Assembly (NCBI GenBank): GCA_024654575.1
Contig: JANLHG010000005.1
Location: forward strand, 1,260-65,259
Length of the DNA stretch: 64,000 nucleotides
Direction: 5' to 3'
Source: Patescibacteria group bacterium
Lineage (GTDB): Bacteria; Patescibacteriota; Minisyncoccia; Phycocordibacterales; PALSA-1337
Shown: piece after piece, positions 36,552 to 46,237 of the stretch
Layout of the letters: the number at the start of each line of letters is the position of its first letter
Position numbering within the stretch: position 1 is the stretch's first letter
Translations under genes and position numbers: made by a program
Notes under the pieces: model-generated
Told to the model about the DNA's origin: nothing
The model's database searches: none
What the model saw: the letters and a program-made list of their open reading frames with translations, nothing else

Positions 36552-36870
36552 AGGTACAATAATACTTACTCCTTTTCCATTTACAGATTTGTCAGGAAAT
36601 AAAGTTCGCCCAGCACTTGTTTTACATAATCAAAAAGATGGAGAAGATTGTATAGTAGCTTTCATATCGTCAATTAAAAATAAAAAATCTATAATTCATG
36701 ATATTCCAGTAATAGCAACAAAGAATAATGGTTTCAAAATAAATTCTACAATTAAAATTTCAAAAATTGCTACACTTCAAAAGACAATAATTCTTGGTGA
36801 AATTGGAAATCTAGAATCGTCAATTATGACAAAAGTTGATAATGCACTAAAAAATATATTTAAGATTTAA
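36544..36870 (+). CDS. PemK/MazF family toxin
   Basis: GTIILTPFPFTDLSGNKVRPALV. Confidence 0.9.
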   Translation: MSKGTIILTPFPFTDLSGNKVRPALVLHNQKDGEDCIVAFISSIKNKKSIIHDIPVIATKNNGFKINSTIKISKIATLQKTIILGEIGNLESSIMTKVDNALKNIFKI

Positions 36871-37994
36871 CTCTCATGAGAAAGAGCGATGTTCAAAATC
36901 GCTCGGGCGATTTTAGTAGAAGCATCTGGTTGAGCGAATTTTTTAGCGGAGATTTTCATTTTTTCGCGAATAGCTGGATTTTTCATTAAATGATTTATTT
37001 CTGAAATTAAAACATTAGCACTCAAATTATTTTCTTCCATTACCACACAAGCACCTGAACGAGCATAATTAAAAGCATTTTTAATTTGGTCGTGACTTAT
37101 ACTTTCTGGAATAGGAATAATAATTGAAGGAACCCCCCATTGAGCAATTTCAAAAATAGTAGAACCAGCTCTAGAAATTATAATGTCCGCAACACCAGCA
37201 GACATTCTCATCGCTAGAGGATTTAAATGGTCAAATGGTTTATAGCGTGAAGCATAAATACTATCTTTCATCACAAGCTGAGCAGTATCCCTTACTTCAA
37301 CAAAATTATTTTTACCTGTTTGATGAATTATCTGATATGAAGTAAGTAGTTGAGGTAAAGCATCTATTATCGTATCATTGATGATTTGTGAACCTTGTGA
37401 ACCTCCTAAAATAAGGATAGTCGGTATATTTGGATCAAGTTTTAAAAATTCATGAGCACCGTTACTTAAAGGAATAGATATTTCTCTTCTTATTGGATTA
37501 CCGGTATGAGCTACTTTATCTTTTGGAAAAAAATGGGCTACTTCTGGATATGACACGGCAATTTTTTTAGCAAACTTACCTGCCCACAAATTAACTCTTC
37601 CCGGTTCACTGTCTGATTCATGAATGATAACTGGAATACGTAAAAAACGAGCTGAAAAAACTATAGGAAAACTAGCGTATCCTCCTTTACTAAATACAAC
37701 ATCTGGATAAATATTGAATAAAGAAATCATTGCTTCCACAATCCCCCAAGCAGTTTTAAATAAATCAAAAAAATTTAAAATAGAAAAATATCGTCTTATT
37801 TTTCCTGCAGATACTTTTATAAAAGTAATATTATTATCAAAAAGTGCTCTACTATCGTAGGGAGTTGGTCCCATATAAAAAATCTCAGGTTCAAGAATTC
37901 TATCTTCTTTAGCAATTTGATGAATTCCCTCAACAACAGCAATAATCGGATAAAAATGTCCGCCTGTACCTCCACCTGTAAGTACTATTTTCAT
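36867..37994 (-). CDS. murG: MurG glycosyltransferase
   Basis: GGGTGGH, KGGY, HESD, TGNPIR, GGSQG, SRAG, HDQIKNA. Confidence 0.96.
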   Translation of the reverse strand: MKIVLTGGGTGGHFYPIIAVVEGIHQIAKEDRILEPEIFYMGPTPYDSRALFDNNITFIKVSAGKIRRYFSILNFFDLFKTAWGIVEAMISLFNIYPDVVFSKGGYASFPIVFSARFLRIPVIIHESDSEPGRVNLWAGKFAKKIAVSYPEVAHFFPKDKVAHTGNPIRREISIPLSNGAHEFLKLDPNIPTILILGGSQGSQIINDTIIDALPQLLTSYQIIHQTGKNNFVEVRDTAQLVMKDSIYASRYKPFDHLNPLAMRMSAGVADIIISRAGSTIFEIAQWGVPSIIIPIPESISHDQIKNAFNYARSGACVVMEENNLSANVLISEINHLMKNPAIREKMKISAKKFAQPDASTKIARAILNIALSHES

Positions 37995-38001
37995 AATCTT
38001 A

Positions 38002-39108
38002 TTATATGCTATTTTTTTTATGATATCTAGAGATGTTGAGGATAATGCCTACCTCTGCTAAAACTGTTACTAAAGCCGTACCACCATGACTTACAAAAAG
38101 TAAAGGAATACCAGAAAGTGGAATAATACCTATCATTGACGCAATATTCATAAATGATTCAACGACAATCAGAACTACTATTCCTACTATGAAAAAACTG
38201 CCGAAAAGATCTCCCGACCTAGTAGCGATTTTAAAACCACGAATAACAAAAAAAAGAAATAAGAAAATTAATGCAACAGATCCAACAAATCCCCACTCTT
38301 CAGCATAAACGGCAAAGATAGAATCACCGACTGGTTCTGGTAAATAATTAAATTTTTGAACACTCTGTCCGAATCCCCTTCCAAACATCCCACCAGAACC
38401 AATAGCGATCAGAGATTGTTGAATTTGATACCCTGAGTTTAGAGGGTCACTGGCGGGATTGATAAAAGTCTTAATTCTTTCCATCGCATAAGGTCTTACG
38501 AGTGCAACAGCTCCAACAAATAATAATCCCATACAAGCAATGACGCCAATATCCCTCCATTTAGCTCCAGCAGAAAAAAGCATAGCTAAACCAGAAAAAG
38601 CAATAATAACAAATGTTTTTGTATCAGATTGAGCAATAAGTATAGGGCATAAAATAATAGCAATAACTATAAAAGGCAAAAGACCAAATTTAAATTTAGT
38701 TACATTATCTTTAACACTAGCAAGCCACGTTGAAAAATAAAGAATAAATCCAAATTTCAAAAATTCTGATGGTTGAATTGTAAAAGAACCGATTGTAATC
38801 CATCTTGTGGCTCCTCCATGTTCAAATCCTAGTTTTGGAATAAAAAGTAAAAGGTTAAGTAAAATTGTGGATAAAAATATGTAAAAAGCATATCTTCTCC
38901 AAAATTTATGTGGGATTACTTTTGCACAAAGAAAAAGTCCCAGAAGTCCTAATCCGAGAGCTATGAGTTGAGTATTGGATATATTGTCAAACTTAGAATT
39001 ATCTCTAGCCAATATTCCTAATGATGCAGAAGTAAAAATAAAAAATCCAAAAATCACCAAAATCAACACCGAAAAAAGAAACGGTTTATCAACCTTTAAA
39101 AGTTTCAT
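38002..39108 (-). CDS. ftsW: SEDS protein FtsW/RodA
   Basis: GATRWI, QPSEF, GYQIQQS, LPEPVGDSIFA, SHGGT; upstream of murG. Confidence 0.9.
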   Translation of the reverse strand: MKLLKVDKPFLFSVLILVIFGFFIFTSASLGILARDNSKFDNISNTQLIALGLGLLGLFLCAKVIPHKFWRRYAFYIFLSTILLNLLLFIPKLGFEHGGATRWITIGSFTIQPSEFLKFGFILYFSTWLASVKDNVTKFKFGLLPFIVIAIILCPILIAQSDTKTFVIIAFSGLAMLFSAGAKWRDIGVIACMGLLFVGAVALVRPYAMERIKTFINPASDPLNSGYQIQQSLIAIGSGGMFGRGFGQSVQKFNYLPEPVGDSIFAVYAEEWGFVGSVALIFLFLFFVIRGFKIATRSGDLFGSFFIVGIVVLIVVESFMNIASMIGIIPLSGIPLLFVSHGGTALVTVLAEVGIILNISRYHKKNSI

Positions 39109-39134
39109 ATGAGAAATTATAACATATTTTTTAC

Positions 39135-39902
39135 TTGATTTTTTCCGCAATAAAGAGTAAAAAGATACTAGAACAAAAGAAAGGTCTTTACATGTACATA
39201 CATCAAATGGATACTCTATTCACAGAAACGGCTCGTATCGTAGTAGAACAAAAAAAAGAACATACACGCCTTGCTCTTGAAAAAGAAAAACGGAAAGTGC
39301 TAGAAAAAACAAATCGTGATAATGTAAGAAAATTAGAGATTACCAAACTCGTCAAAAATGCACAAACTAATCTTGATTTTATGACGAGAAGCCATAAAAG
39401 CAACAGGAAATTTCCTGACTATCTCACAACATTGTTTGAAGAATTTGCGATAGTTAAAAGGTGGTATGAATATGAAGTGGTGAAGGGAAAGCCAGAACCT
39501 ATGGACGAAATAACAGCTTCAGTAAAGACGAAAACAACTGAAGTGAAAGCTCAACGTCTTAGAGAAGTCTGGAAGGAAGAACTCGTACTCTCAGTTGCTA
39601 GAATACCGCAAAAAGAAGATTATGAACTGAGAAACAAATGTATTACAGAAATTGTAATAATCACAAGGAAAGCTGGTGACCTTAAAAGTAAAGTAGATTT
39701 AGAACAAAATCAAGCAACTGTAACGGTGATTAATAGGGTTATTCCAGGTCATCAAAATAACGAAAATGAATGGAAACCATGTATCCTTTATTGGGGTAAA
39801 GCACTAGATGTAGTGCTTGAAAATCTCACAACACCAGACGGAACTATCCGTCAACTCATAGAAAAATTCGGATTACCGAATGAGTGGAGAGACGAATACT
39901 GA
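39135..39902 (+). CDS. hypothetical protein (true start probably near 39191)
   Basis: Long ORF with a downstream terminator; no recognisable motif. Confidence 0.7.
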   Translation: MIFSAIKSKKILEQKKGLYMYIHQMDTLFTETARIVVEQKKEHTRLALEKEKRKVLEKTNRDNVRKLEITKLVKNAQTNLDFMTRSHKSNRKFPDYLTTLFEEFAIVKRWYEYEVVKGKPEPMDEITASVKTKTTEVKAQRLREVWKEELVLSVARIPQKEDYELRNKCITEIVIITRKAGDLKSKVDLEQNQATVTVINRVIPGHQNNENEWKPCILYWGKALDVVLENLTTPDGTIRQLIEKFGLPNEWRDEY

Positions 39903-39925
39903 TGCTGACAAATTCGCTCTCGTTT

Positions 39926-39953
39926 ACCCTCGCGCTTGCGCGAGGGCTTTTTT
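39926..39953 (+). terminator. intrinsic terminator
   Basis: CCCTCGCGC-TT-GCGCGAGGG followed by CTTTTT. Confidence 0.75.
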
Positions 39954-39975
39954 ATACATAGGAGTTTCCTATGTA

Positions 39976-40437
39976 TTACCTCGTCACTGAAATCACTAGG
40001 ATTTCAATTTCTGTTGATGGGGCAGTGATGGTAATACGGTCATTCACATCTATTGCTATAGAATATTGAGTATCGTAGTCATTCACCGAAGTAAAGTGTG
40101 CACCAGAAGCACTAGGGTCAAACGGCATTGAAGCAATATAAGTAGGTACTAAACAAGGAGCGATATCAAAACCACCAGATGATTTCATTATGGTAGATGT
40201 TGCTGGGATTGTCGTGACCGTTCCACTGCATTTAAATAATCCTCTATTTTCCGACATATTTTGTCCAATAGCATTTAATATAGTTGTTACATGACTAGTT
40301 CTTTGAGAATCCCTAGCGATTTTAAATTGCCGAGATGGATTGATGGCTACAAGTACTACTCCAGCAAGTATGGCAATAATACCTATAACCACCAAAATCT
40401 CAATAAGAGTAAAACCGTCTTGCTTATTATTTTTCAT
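39976..40437 (-). CDS. type IV pilin-like protein (major pilin candidate)
   Basis: GFTLIEILVVIGII prepilin motif; AINP...ARDSQR. Confidence 0.9.
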   Translation of the reverse strand: MKNNKQDGFTLIEILVVIGIIAILAGVVLVAINPSRQFKIARDSQRTSHVTTILNAIGQNMSENRGLFKCSGTVTTIPATSTIMKSSGGFDIAPCLVPTYIASMPFDPSASGAHFTSVNDYDTQYSIAIDVNDRITITAPSTEIEILVISVTR

Positions 40438-40449
40438 AAAAACATTATC

Positions 40450-40836
40450 TCATATTTCTTGAAAATTGGTAATAGTTGGATTATTTATATCTGAAATATC
40501 CAAAGTGGCGGTAAAGGTCGTAAAACTTCTGGATACAACCGACGTTGCCGTGATGATGCGACTATTACCACTTTCTGTAATGCTCGTTATTGAACAAGAA
40601 CCATTAGGAATTGAAATAACTTCTGGAGAACTTATAGAATAATGCGAATCCTGAATAATATGAAGAAAACCGTATTCCAGACAGGTTTCAGCAAAATACC
40701 TGCTTTGAAATTTGTCTCTGGATTGCATTCTTTCGGTTCGTAAAGTGAATAATGAAAGAACCGAGCCTACACTGACCGCCAACAATATGGCGGATACTAT
40801 AATCACAACAATCAATGTCGCAAATCCTTTTTTCAT
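40450..40836 (-). CDS. minor pilin (PilX-like)
   Basis: KKGFATL, lacking Glu5; AETCLE. Confidence 0.75.
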   Translation of the reverse strand: MKKGFATLIVVIIVSAILLAVSVGSVLSLFTLRTERMQSRDKFQSRYFAETCLEYGFLHIIQDSHYSISSPEVISIPNGSCSITSITESGNSRIITATSVVSRSFTTFTATLDISDINNPTITNFQEI

Positions 40837-41243
40837 AGCCTTGTATATCTAATTACACTAAAATTTATTTTATTGATACTAAAAGAAACTTTTACCCATG
40901 CCGGAGCGTTTCCACTCTTTCCGTGTTCAACCACAAAATCTTTCACTTCTATTAAATCACTAGCAAAAATTTTGGCATCAATATCATATGTTATACCATT
41001 ATTTTTTAAACTTAATGTTGTAGAAGTGGCATTCAATACAGGGATATAAACAACATCTGCACCAAGTAAAAGATATCTGATTTTACCTATTATGAAATCG
41101 CCCTCTTGAATAGCAAAAATATCGTTATCGTGACGATTAAAATTTGAAAGCAATGTATAAGATGAATTTACTAAACCAATCAAAAGTACAGATAGTAGTC
41201 CGATATAAATAATGGTTTCTATTAAGGTAAATCCTTTTTTCAT
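40833..41243 (-). CDS. minor pilin
   Basis: KKGFTLIETIIY. Confidence 0.85.
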   Translation of the reverse strand: MKKGFTLIETIIYIGLLSVLLIGLVNSSYTLLSNFNRHDNDIFAIQEGDFIIGKIRYLLLGADVVYIPVLNATSTTLSLKNNGITYDIDAKIFASDLIEVKDFVVEHGKSGNAPAWVKVSFSINKINFSVIRYTRL

Positions 41244-42514
41244 TGTGGTGTGATAATTTTTAAGGCATTATTATCTTCAAATGCTATATAAACAACATCT
41301 TCATCGCAATCAATAGCTACAGCTTTTGAAGAAAAATCTAAACTAGAAACTAGAGAAATTGAAGCTGGATTTAAAACAGAAAGAACTTGCAGTTTTTTGT
41401 TTGTGGTAACCAAAAATGCTAGATTTTTATCGCCAACAATATCGTTTATACTTGAACCGATACGATACGAACCAAGTTTTTGTGGAGTGGTGCTGGAAGT
41501 ATCTAAAACAAAAAAATCTCCTCCAGTTGTATGCCCTAGATATGTCGTCGTCCCTACAGAATAGATACTCTTACCAGAATTGTTTGCCTCGCTAAAACCA
41601 CTTACTTGTGTGATATTTGAAAAATCGCTTATATCCAGAACCTTTAATTCTTCATTATTCGGACTAGCTTCATACAAAATATTTCCTTTTACATTCATAG
41701 CATTTATAGTTGTGTTCGCTTCCCAATTCCCTATTTCAGTTGGATTATAGACATCTGAGACATTAATAATATGGAGCTCACTTATTGAACTTTTTGGAGT
41801 ACCTAGATAAACTTTTTTCTTTGAATAAAAAATACTATTAGCATATAGACCGCTATAAGTCCCGGGTAATTTATAAGAAGAAACAATAAATGGATTATAC
41901 GGGTCTTTAATATTTATAATTTGTAATTGAGCATTTGTACTTGAATTGCCAACATAAGCATAATCACCAGCCACAGCCAAAGCTACTAACCCAGGACCAG
42001 TATCTATTTTTGAAATAATATCCGGATTTTGAGGATTCGAAACATCAACAATAAAAAAATCTTCTTTATTTTGAACGGCAGAATCAGCTGTCACATAAGC
42101 ATAGCTTCCTTGATTGATCACATCCGTAGCAACAATATCGGTTGTTGTGCTGGTATCCAAAGTGATTTCACCAACAATTTTTAGATTAGACCAATCGTCA
42201 TTAAATGAACAATTTTTATATCCTCGAGCATTTCGCCAATCAATAACACGAATAGTAAAATCATCTTTATTTACATCTTTAGTAATATCATCAATATCAT
42301 TTGCAATAATAGAATTAAAATCTATCCTTCCTTGTACTATAGTATTTTCCAAAAATTCTTCCGTTTCTGAATCAATTTCAACACTATTTTTCATATCAGC
42401 CATAGTCTTATCGGTAACATAATAGAGATTTATTAATGCACCAAAAGAAATAATTAATACCGAAAAAGCGATTAAAATCTCTAGAGTTATAGAACCTTTA
42501 TTGTATTTTTCCAT
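41240..42514 (-). CDS. pilin-like protein with LVIVD-type beta-propeller repeats
   Basis: GSITLEIL N-terminus; repeated YAYV...I-x-D/N-V-S-x-P units. Confidence 0.8.
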   Translation of the reverse strand: MEKYNKGSITLEILIAFSVLIISFGALINLYYVTDKTMADMKNSVEIDSETEEFLENTIVQGRIDFNSIIANDIDDITKDVNKDDFTIRVIDWRNARGYKNCSFNDDWSNLKIVGEITLDTSTTTDIVATDVINQGSYAYVTADSAVQNKEDFFIVDVSNPQNPDIISKIDTGPGLVALAVAGDYAYVGNSSTNAQLQIINIKDPYNPFIVSSYKLPGTYSGLYANSIFYSKKKVYLGTPKSSISELHIINVSDVYNPTEIGNWEANTTINAMNVKGNILYEASPNNEELKVLDISDFSNITQVSGFSEANNSGKSIYSVGTTTYLGHTTGGDFFVLDTSSTTPQKLGSYRIGSSINDIVGDKNLAFLVTTNKKLQVLSVLNPASISLVSSLDFSSKAVAIDCDEDVVYIAFEDNNALKIITPQ

Positions 42515-42797
42515 TTGAGTAGATTGTCATAATTTCTGAACGACCATTTTTTGAAAAAATAACTTCAGTCGTAGAAGAAACATTAGCACTGACCCTATCA
42601 AAAACGCCATGAGAAACATTATCAATATTATTAAGTGATTGACTTCGTGATTCCTGAATAGAATTTATAAACAAAACTTTTTCTTTATTAAATTCATAAC
42701 GATTATATGAACTTATAGTAGCGACTAAACCAATACTTCCGATTACAGATAAAACAGAAAGAGAGATGAGTACTTCAATAAGAGAAAATCCACGCAT
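42498..42797 (-). CDS. minor pilin (FimT/GspH-like)
   Basis: MRGFSLIEVL; ESRSQS. Confidence 0.8.
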   Translation of the reverse strand: MRGFSLIEVLISLSVLSVIGSIGLVATISSYNRYEFNKEKVLFINSIQESRSQSLNNIDNVSHGVFDRVSANVSSTTEVIFSKNGRSEIMTIYSNGKIQ

Positions 42798-42798
42798 A

Positions 42799-43833
42799 TT
42801 ATTGATGTAAATTTTGGGTAATAGCATAGATCGGCGAAATCACAGCAACTGCAATAAAACCAACACTTAAACCTATGATAATCATAAGTATTGGTTCAAT
42901 GGAACTTGATAAATTTTTAGTAATTTCATCTACTTCTTTTTCATAATATTCAGAAATATACAAAAAAACATCTGATAAATTTCCAGCTCTTTCACCTATG
43001 GCTGTCATATCAGAAACCATTGGAAAAAATATTTTTGGATATAGTGCAAAATGAGTAGAAATTTTTTCACCACGAGAAACAGCTTCTGACACTTCAATTA
43101 GTTTTTCTTTATAAATCGGATTAGACAAAGTTAAACCTGTAACTGCTAACGACTCACTCAAAGTTATCCCGCTTTTTTGTAAAAGTCCTAGAGTTCTACA
43201 TATATTTGCTATCATAGCGTATTTAATTATTTGAGAAATTAATGGGATATAAAGAAAAAAAGAGTAAAATAAAAATCTAACACGATAATATTTTTTACAT
43301 AAAAACCAAATGATAGTTGGTATAAAAAGCACAAAAAATAAAATAATAATCCAATAATGACTCACTAGATCACTAGTAAAAATTAAAATTTTAGTAGAAA
43401 AAGGTAATTCTCCATTAATACTTTTAAAAACAGGTAATATCTTAGGAAAAAGATAAACAGACATCATTAAACCAACAGCTAAAGCTGAAATTAAGATAAA
43501 AAACGGATAGATGAGAGCTGTTTGTATTTTTCGTCTTAAGGCATGTCGTTTCTTAAGTTCTTCTGCTAAATATTGAAGATTAGAATTTAATGTTCCACTC
43601 ATTTCCCCAACTTTAACAATGTGTATAGCAAAAGAATTCCATACACCTAAATTAGTAAAACCTTTAGAGAGTGAAAGTCCTTTAGAAACATCATCTAACA
43701 ATTTTTTCAAAATTATTTTATTTTTCTTCAATGCCTGAGACTGGAGCATACGCAAACTTTCTTGAAGAGTAATCCCCGAATTAAGAAGAAAAGCTAGGCG
43801 TTGGACAAAATTTATTTTATCTTCTTTATTCAT
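42799..43833 (-). CDS. pilC: type IV pilus/T2SS platform protein (PilC/GspF)
   Basis: SGITL, GEMSGTL, LIYP, GERAGNL, IEP repeats. Confidence 0.9.
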   Translation of the reverse strand: MNKEDKINFVQRLAFLLNSGITLQESLRMLQSQALKKNKIILKKLLDDVSKGLSLSKGFTNLGVWNSFAIHIVKVGEMSGTLNSNLQYLAEELKKRHALRRKIQTALIYPFFILISALAVGLMMSVYLFPKILPVFKSINGELPFSTKILIFTSDLVSHYWIIILFFVLFIPTIIWFLCKKYYRVRFLFYSFFLYIPLISQIIKYAMIANICRTLGLLQKSGITLSESLAVTGLTLSNPIYKEKLIEVSEAVSRGEKISTHFALYPKIFFPMVSDMTAIGERAGNLSDVFLYISEYYEKEVDEITKNLSSSIEPILMIIIGLSVGFIAVAVISPIYAITQNLHQ

Positions 43834-45034
43834 GAATTATTCTTAAAACTTCTTCCACTGTAGTTAATCCTTGAAAAGCTTTTGATAAACCATCTTCCAA
43901 CATCGTTTGCATTCCATTTTTTATAGCAAGATTTTTAATTTCGCGAGCTGAAGATTTACGAACAATGGCATCTTTTATTTTATTATCAATTTGCATTACT
44001 TCGTATACGCCGATTCTTCCTCTAAAACCCGTATTTGCACATTTATCACAACCCTTTCCGAAATATAATTTTTTTATTTTTGTAATCTTTGGTTTTGATA
44101 AAATTTCCTTGAGTTTTTGTTTATCAATTTCCGTTATTTTTCTATCGTGAATACAATGCTCACATATTCTACGAACTAATCTTTGTGCAACAACAACACT
44201 AACAGTAGAAGCAATCAAATAGGCGTCAATTTTCATATCAAGAAGACGAGGTAATGTGGAAGCTGAATCGTTTGTGTGAAGTGTTGAAAGGAGCAAGTGA
44301 CCAGTAAGCGAAATATTCACAGCAATACGTGCAGTTTCTTCATCACGAATTTCTCCAACCATAATTATATTTGGATCTTGTCGCAACATCGCTCGTAAAC
44401 CTTTAGCAAAAGATAATCCTGTTTCTGAATTTATCTGTATTTGTTTTATTCCTTTAATTGAATATTCTATCGGATCTTCAATCGTCATCAAACATCTATC
44501 ACTTTTGTTTAACATTTGTATAAGCGTATAAAGTGTAGTTGTTTTTCCAGAACCTGTCGGACCAGTTACTAAAATCATTCCGTTCGGTTTATGAATAGCT
44601 TTAGTTATTGTTGTTACATCAATATCCCTCATTCCTAAATTTTCTAGTGTAAAATTTTCAACCTTTTTAGCTAAAATACGAAATACTGCATTCTCACCAT
44701 AATAAGTCGGCATAACTGAAATTCTTATATCAAGAAAACCACCAGTAATGGTGTCTATTCTAAATCTTCCATCTTGCGGAGTGTGGTGAACGTCGGTTCT
44801 AAGTCCAGCTAAAACTTTTATTCTTGAAATAATTTCTGAATGAATTATTTTTGGAAGAGTAAAAGAAGAAATTAAAACACCGTCAATTCGCAATCGAACC
44901 AAAATTTCTTCTTCTACTGGGTCAATGTGTACATCTGAAGCGTTTATTTCGTAAGCGTGTTCAATGAGATTTTGAACTAAATCAATGATAGAAATATTCC
45001 TACCTTTCGCCAATTCCGCCTCCACTTTTGTCAT
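43826..45034 (-). CDS. pilB: type IV pilus/T2SS assembly ATPase (PilB/GspE)
   Basis: ASDVHID, PQDGR, GPTGSGKTT, IEDPIE, LRQDP, GEIRD, STLH, CxxC pairs. Confidence 0.92.
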   Translation of the reverse strand: MTKVEAELAKGRNISIIDLVQNLIEHAYEINASDVHIDPVEEEILVRLRIDGVLISSFTLPKIIHSEIISRIKVLAGLRTDVHHTPQDGRFRIDTITGGFLDIRISVMPTYYGENAVFRILAKKVENFTLENLGMRDIDVTTITKAIHKPNGMILVTGPTGSGKTTTLYTLIQMLNKSDRCLMTIEDPIEYSIKGIKQIQINSETGLSFAKGLRAMLRQDPNIIMVGEIRDEETARIAVNISLTGHLLLSTLHTNDSASTLPRLLDMKIDAYLIASTVSVVVAQRLVRRICEHCIHDRKITEIDKQKLKEILSKPKITKIKKLYFGKGCDKCANTGFRGRIGVYEVMQIDNKIKDAIVRKSSAREIKNLAIKNGMQTMLEDGLSKAFQGLTTVEEVLRIIHE

Positions 45035-45047
45035 AATATTCTTTTAT

Positions 45048-46220
45048 TTAATAATTCCTTAATCGGTTAATATTTTCGTGTTCGCGGATTTTATCATGTG
45101 CTTTGGCTTCAATTTGACGAATTCTTTCTCGAGTAACCCCAAATTCTTTTCCCACCTCTTCAAGAGTATGAGTAATACCATCAACCAATCCATGTCTCAT
45201 TTCAAGAATTTTTCTCTCCTTCAAAGATAAATCTCCTAAAATATCCTTGACCTGATCACCTAAAATTCTACGAGAAGAATCCTGGTCTGGAGAAAGAATT
45301 TTATCATCTGAAAGGAAATCACCGAGTGTTGATTTGTCTTCACCGTCATCACCAACAGGACTTTCCAAAGAAACTGTATCCTGATCTATTTTCTCAATAT
45401 TATAAATTTTTTCAACATCAAGTCCCATTTCCGTAGCGATTTCTTCCGCTAATGGTTCTCGTCCTAAATCTTGACTAAGTCGTCGCACCACTTGTTTGTA
45501 TTTTGCAATTGTCTCAACCATATGCACCGGCACACGAATAGTTCTTGATTGGTCAGCCAAAGCTCTAGTAATAGCTTGTCTAATCCACCAAGTAGCATAA
45601 GTTGAAAATTTGTATCCTTTAGTCCAATCAAATTTATCAACAGCTTTAAAAAGACCGAGATTTCCTTCTTGAATTAAATCAAGTAAAGTTAAATCTGGAC
45701 TTCGTCCAACATATTTTTTAGCAATAGAAACAACGAGACGAAGGTTTGCACGTGCCAGTAAATTTTTTGCTTCTTCTTCTCCTTTTTGAATTCTTTTTGC
45801 TAAATCTTTTTCAACCGAAGCCGGAACAAGCGGATATTGTCCGATTTCCTTTAAATACATTTGAATAGAATCATATGCTGAATCACTTTTACCATAACTA
45901 TACTTTTTAGAAACGGGTTCCTCAGGTTCTATATCTAAAATACCACCACCTTCAAGAATATCTACTCCAGCTTCTGCTAATTTATTATAGAGATCATCAA
46001 GACCATTTATATTTTCTTCAATCGTTGGAAAATCTCTTAAAATCTCATCATAAGTAACAAATCCCCTCTCTTTTCCTTTCTCAAGTAATTTTTCTGATTT
46101 TACACTAAACTCTTTAGCTTTACTTAAAACTGCTTTTTTAGGCCTAATCTTAGCCTTATTTTTCTTTTTTTTGATAACTTTGACCTTTTTTTTTGGAACC
46201 CTTTTTTTAGATTTCTTCAT
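45048..46220 (-). CDS. rpoD: RNA polymerase primary sigma factor
   Basis: [49 protein letters not shown]; downstream of dnaG. Confidence 0.96.
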   Translation of the reverse strand: MKKSKKRVPKKKVKVIKKKKNKAKIRPKKAVLSKAKEFSVKSEKLLEKGKERGFVTYDEILRDFPTIEENINGLDDLYNKLAEAGVDILEGGGILDIEPEEPVSKKYSYGKSDSAYDSIQMYLKEIGQYPLVPASVEKDLAKRIQKGEEEAKNLLARANLRLVVSIAKKYVGRSPDLTLLDLIQEGNLGLFKAVDKFDWTKGYKFSTYATWWIRQAITRALADQSRTIRVPVHMVETIAKYKQVVRRLSQDLGREPLAEEIATEMGLDVEKIYNIEKIDQDTVSLESPVGDDGEDKSTLGDFLSDDKILSPDQDSSRRILGDQVKDILGDLSLKERKILEMRHGLVDGITHTLEEVGKEFGVTRERIRQIEAKAHDKIREHENINRLRNY

Positions 46221-46237
46221 ATGTAAGTAATACTATA

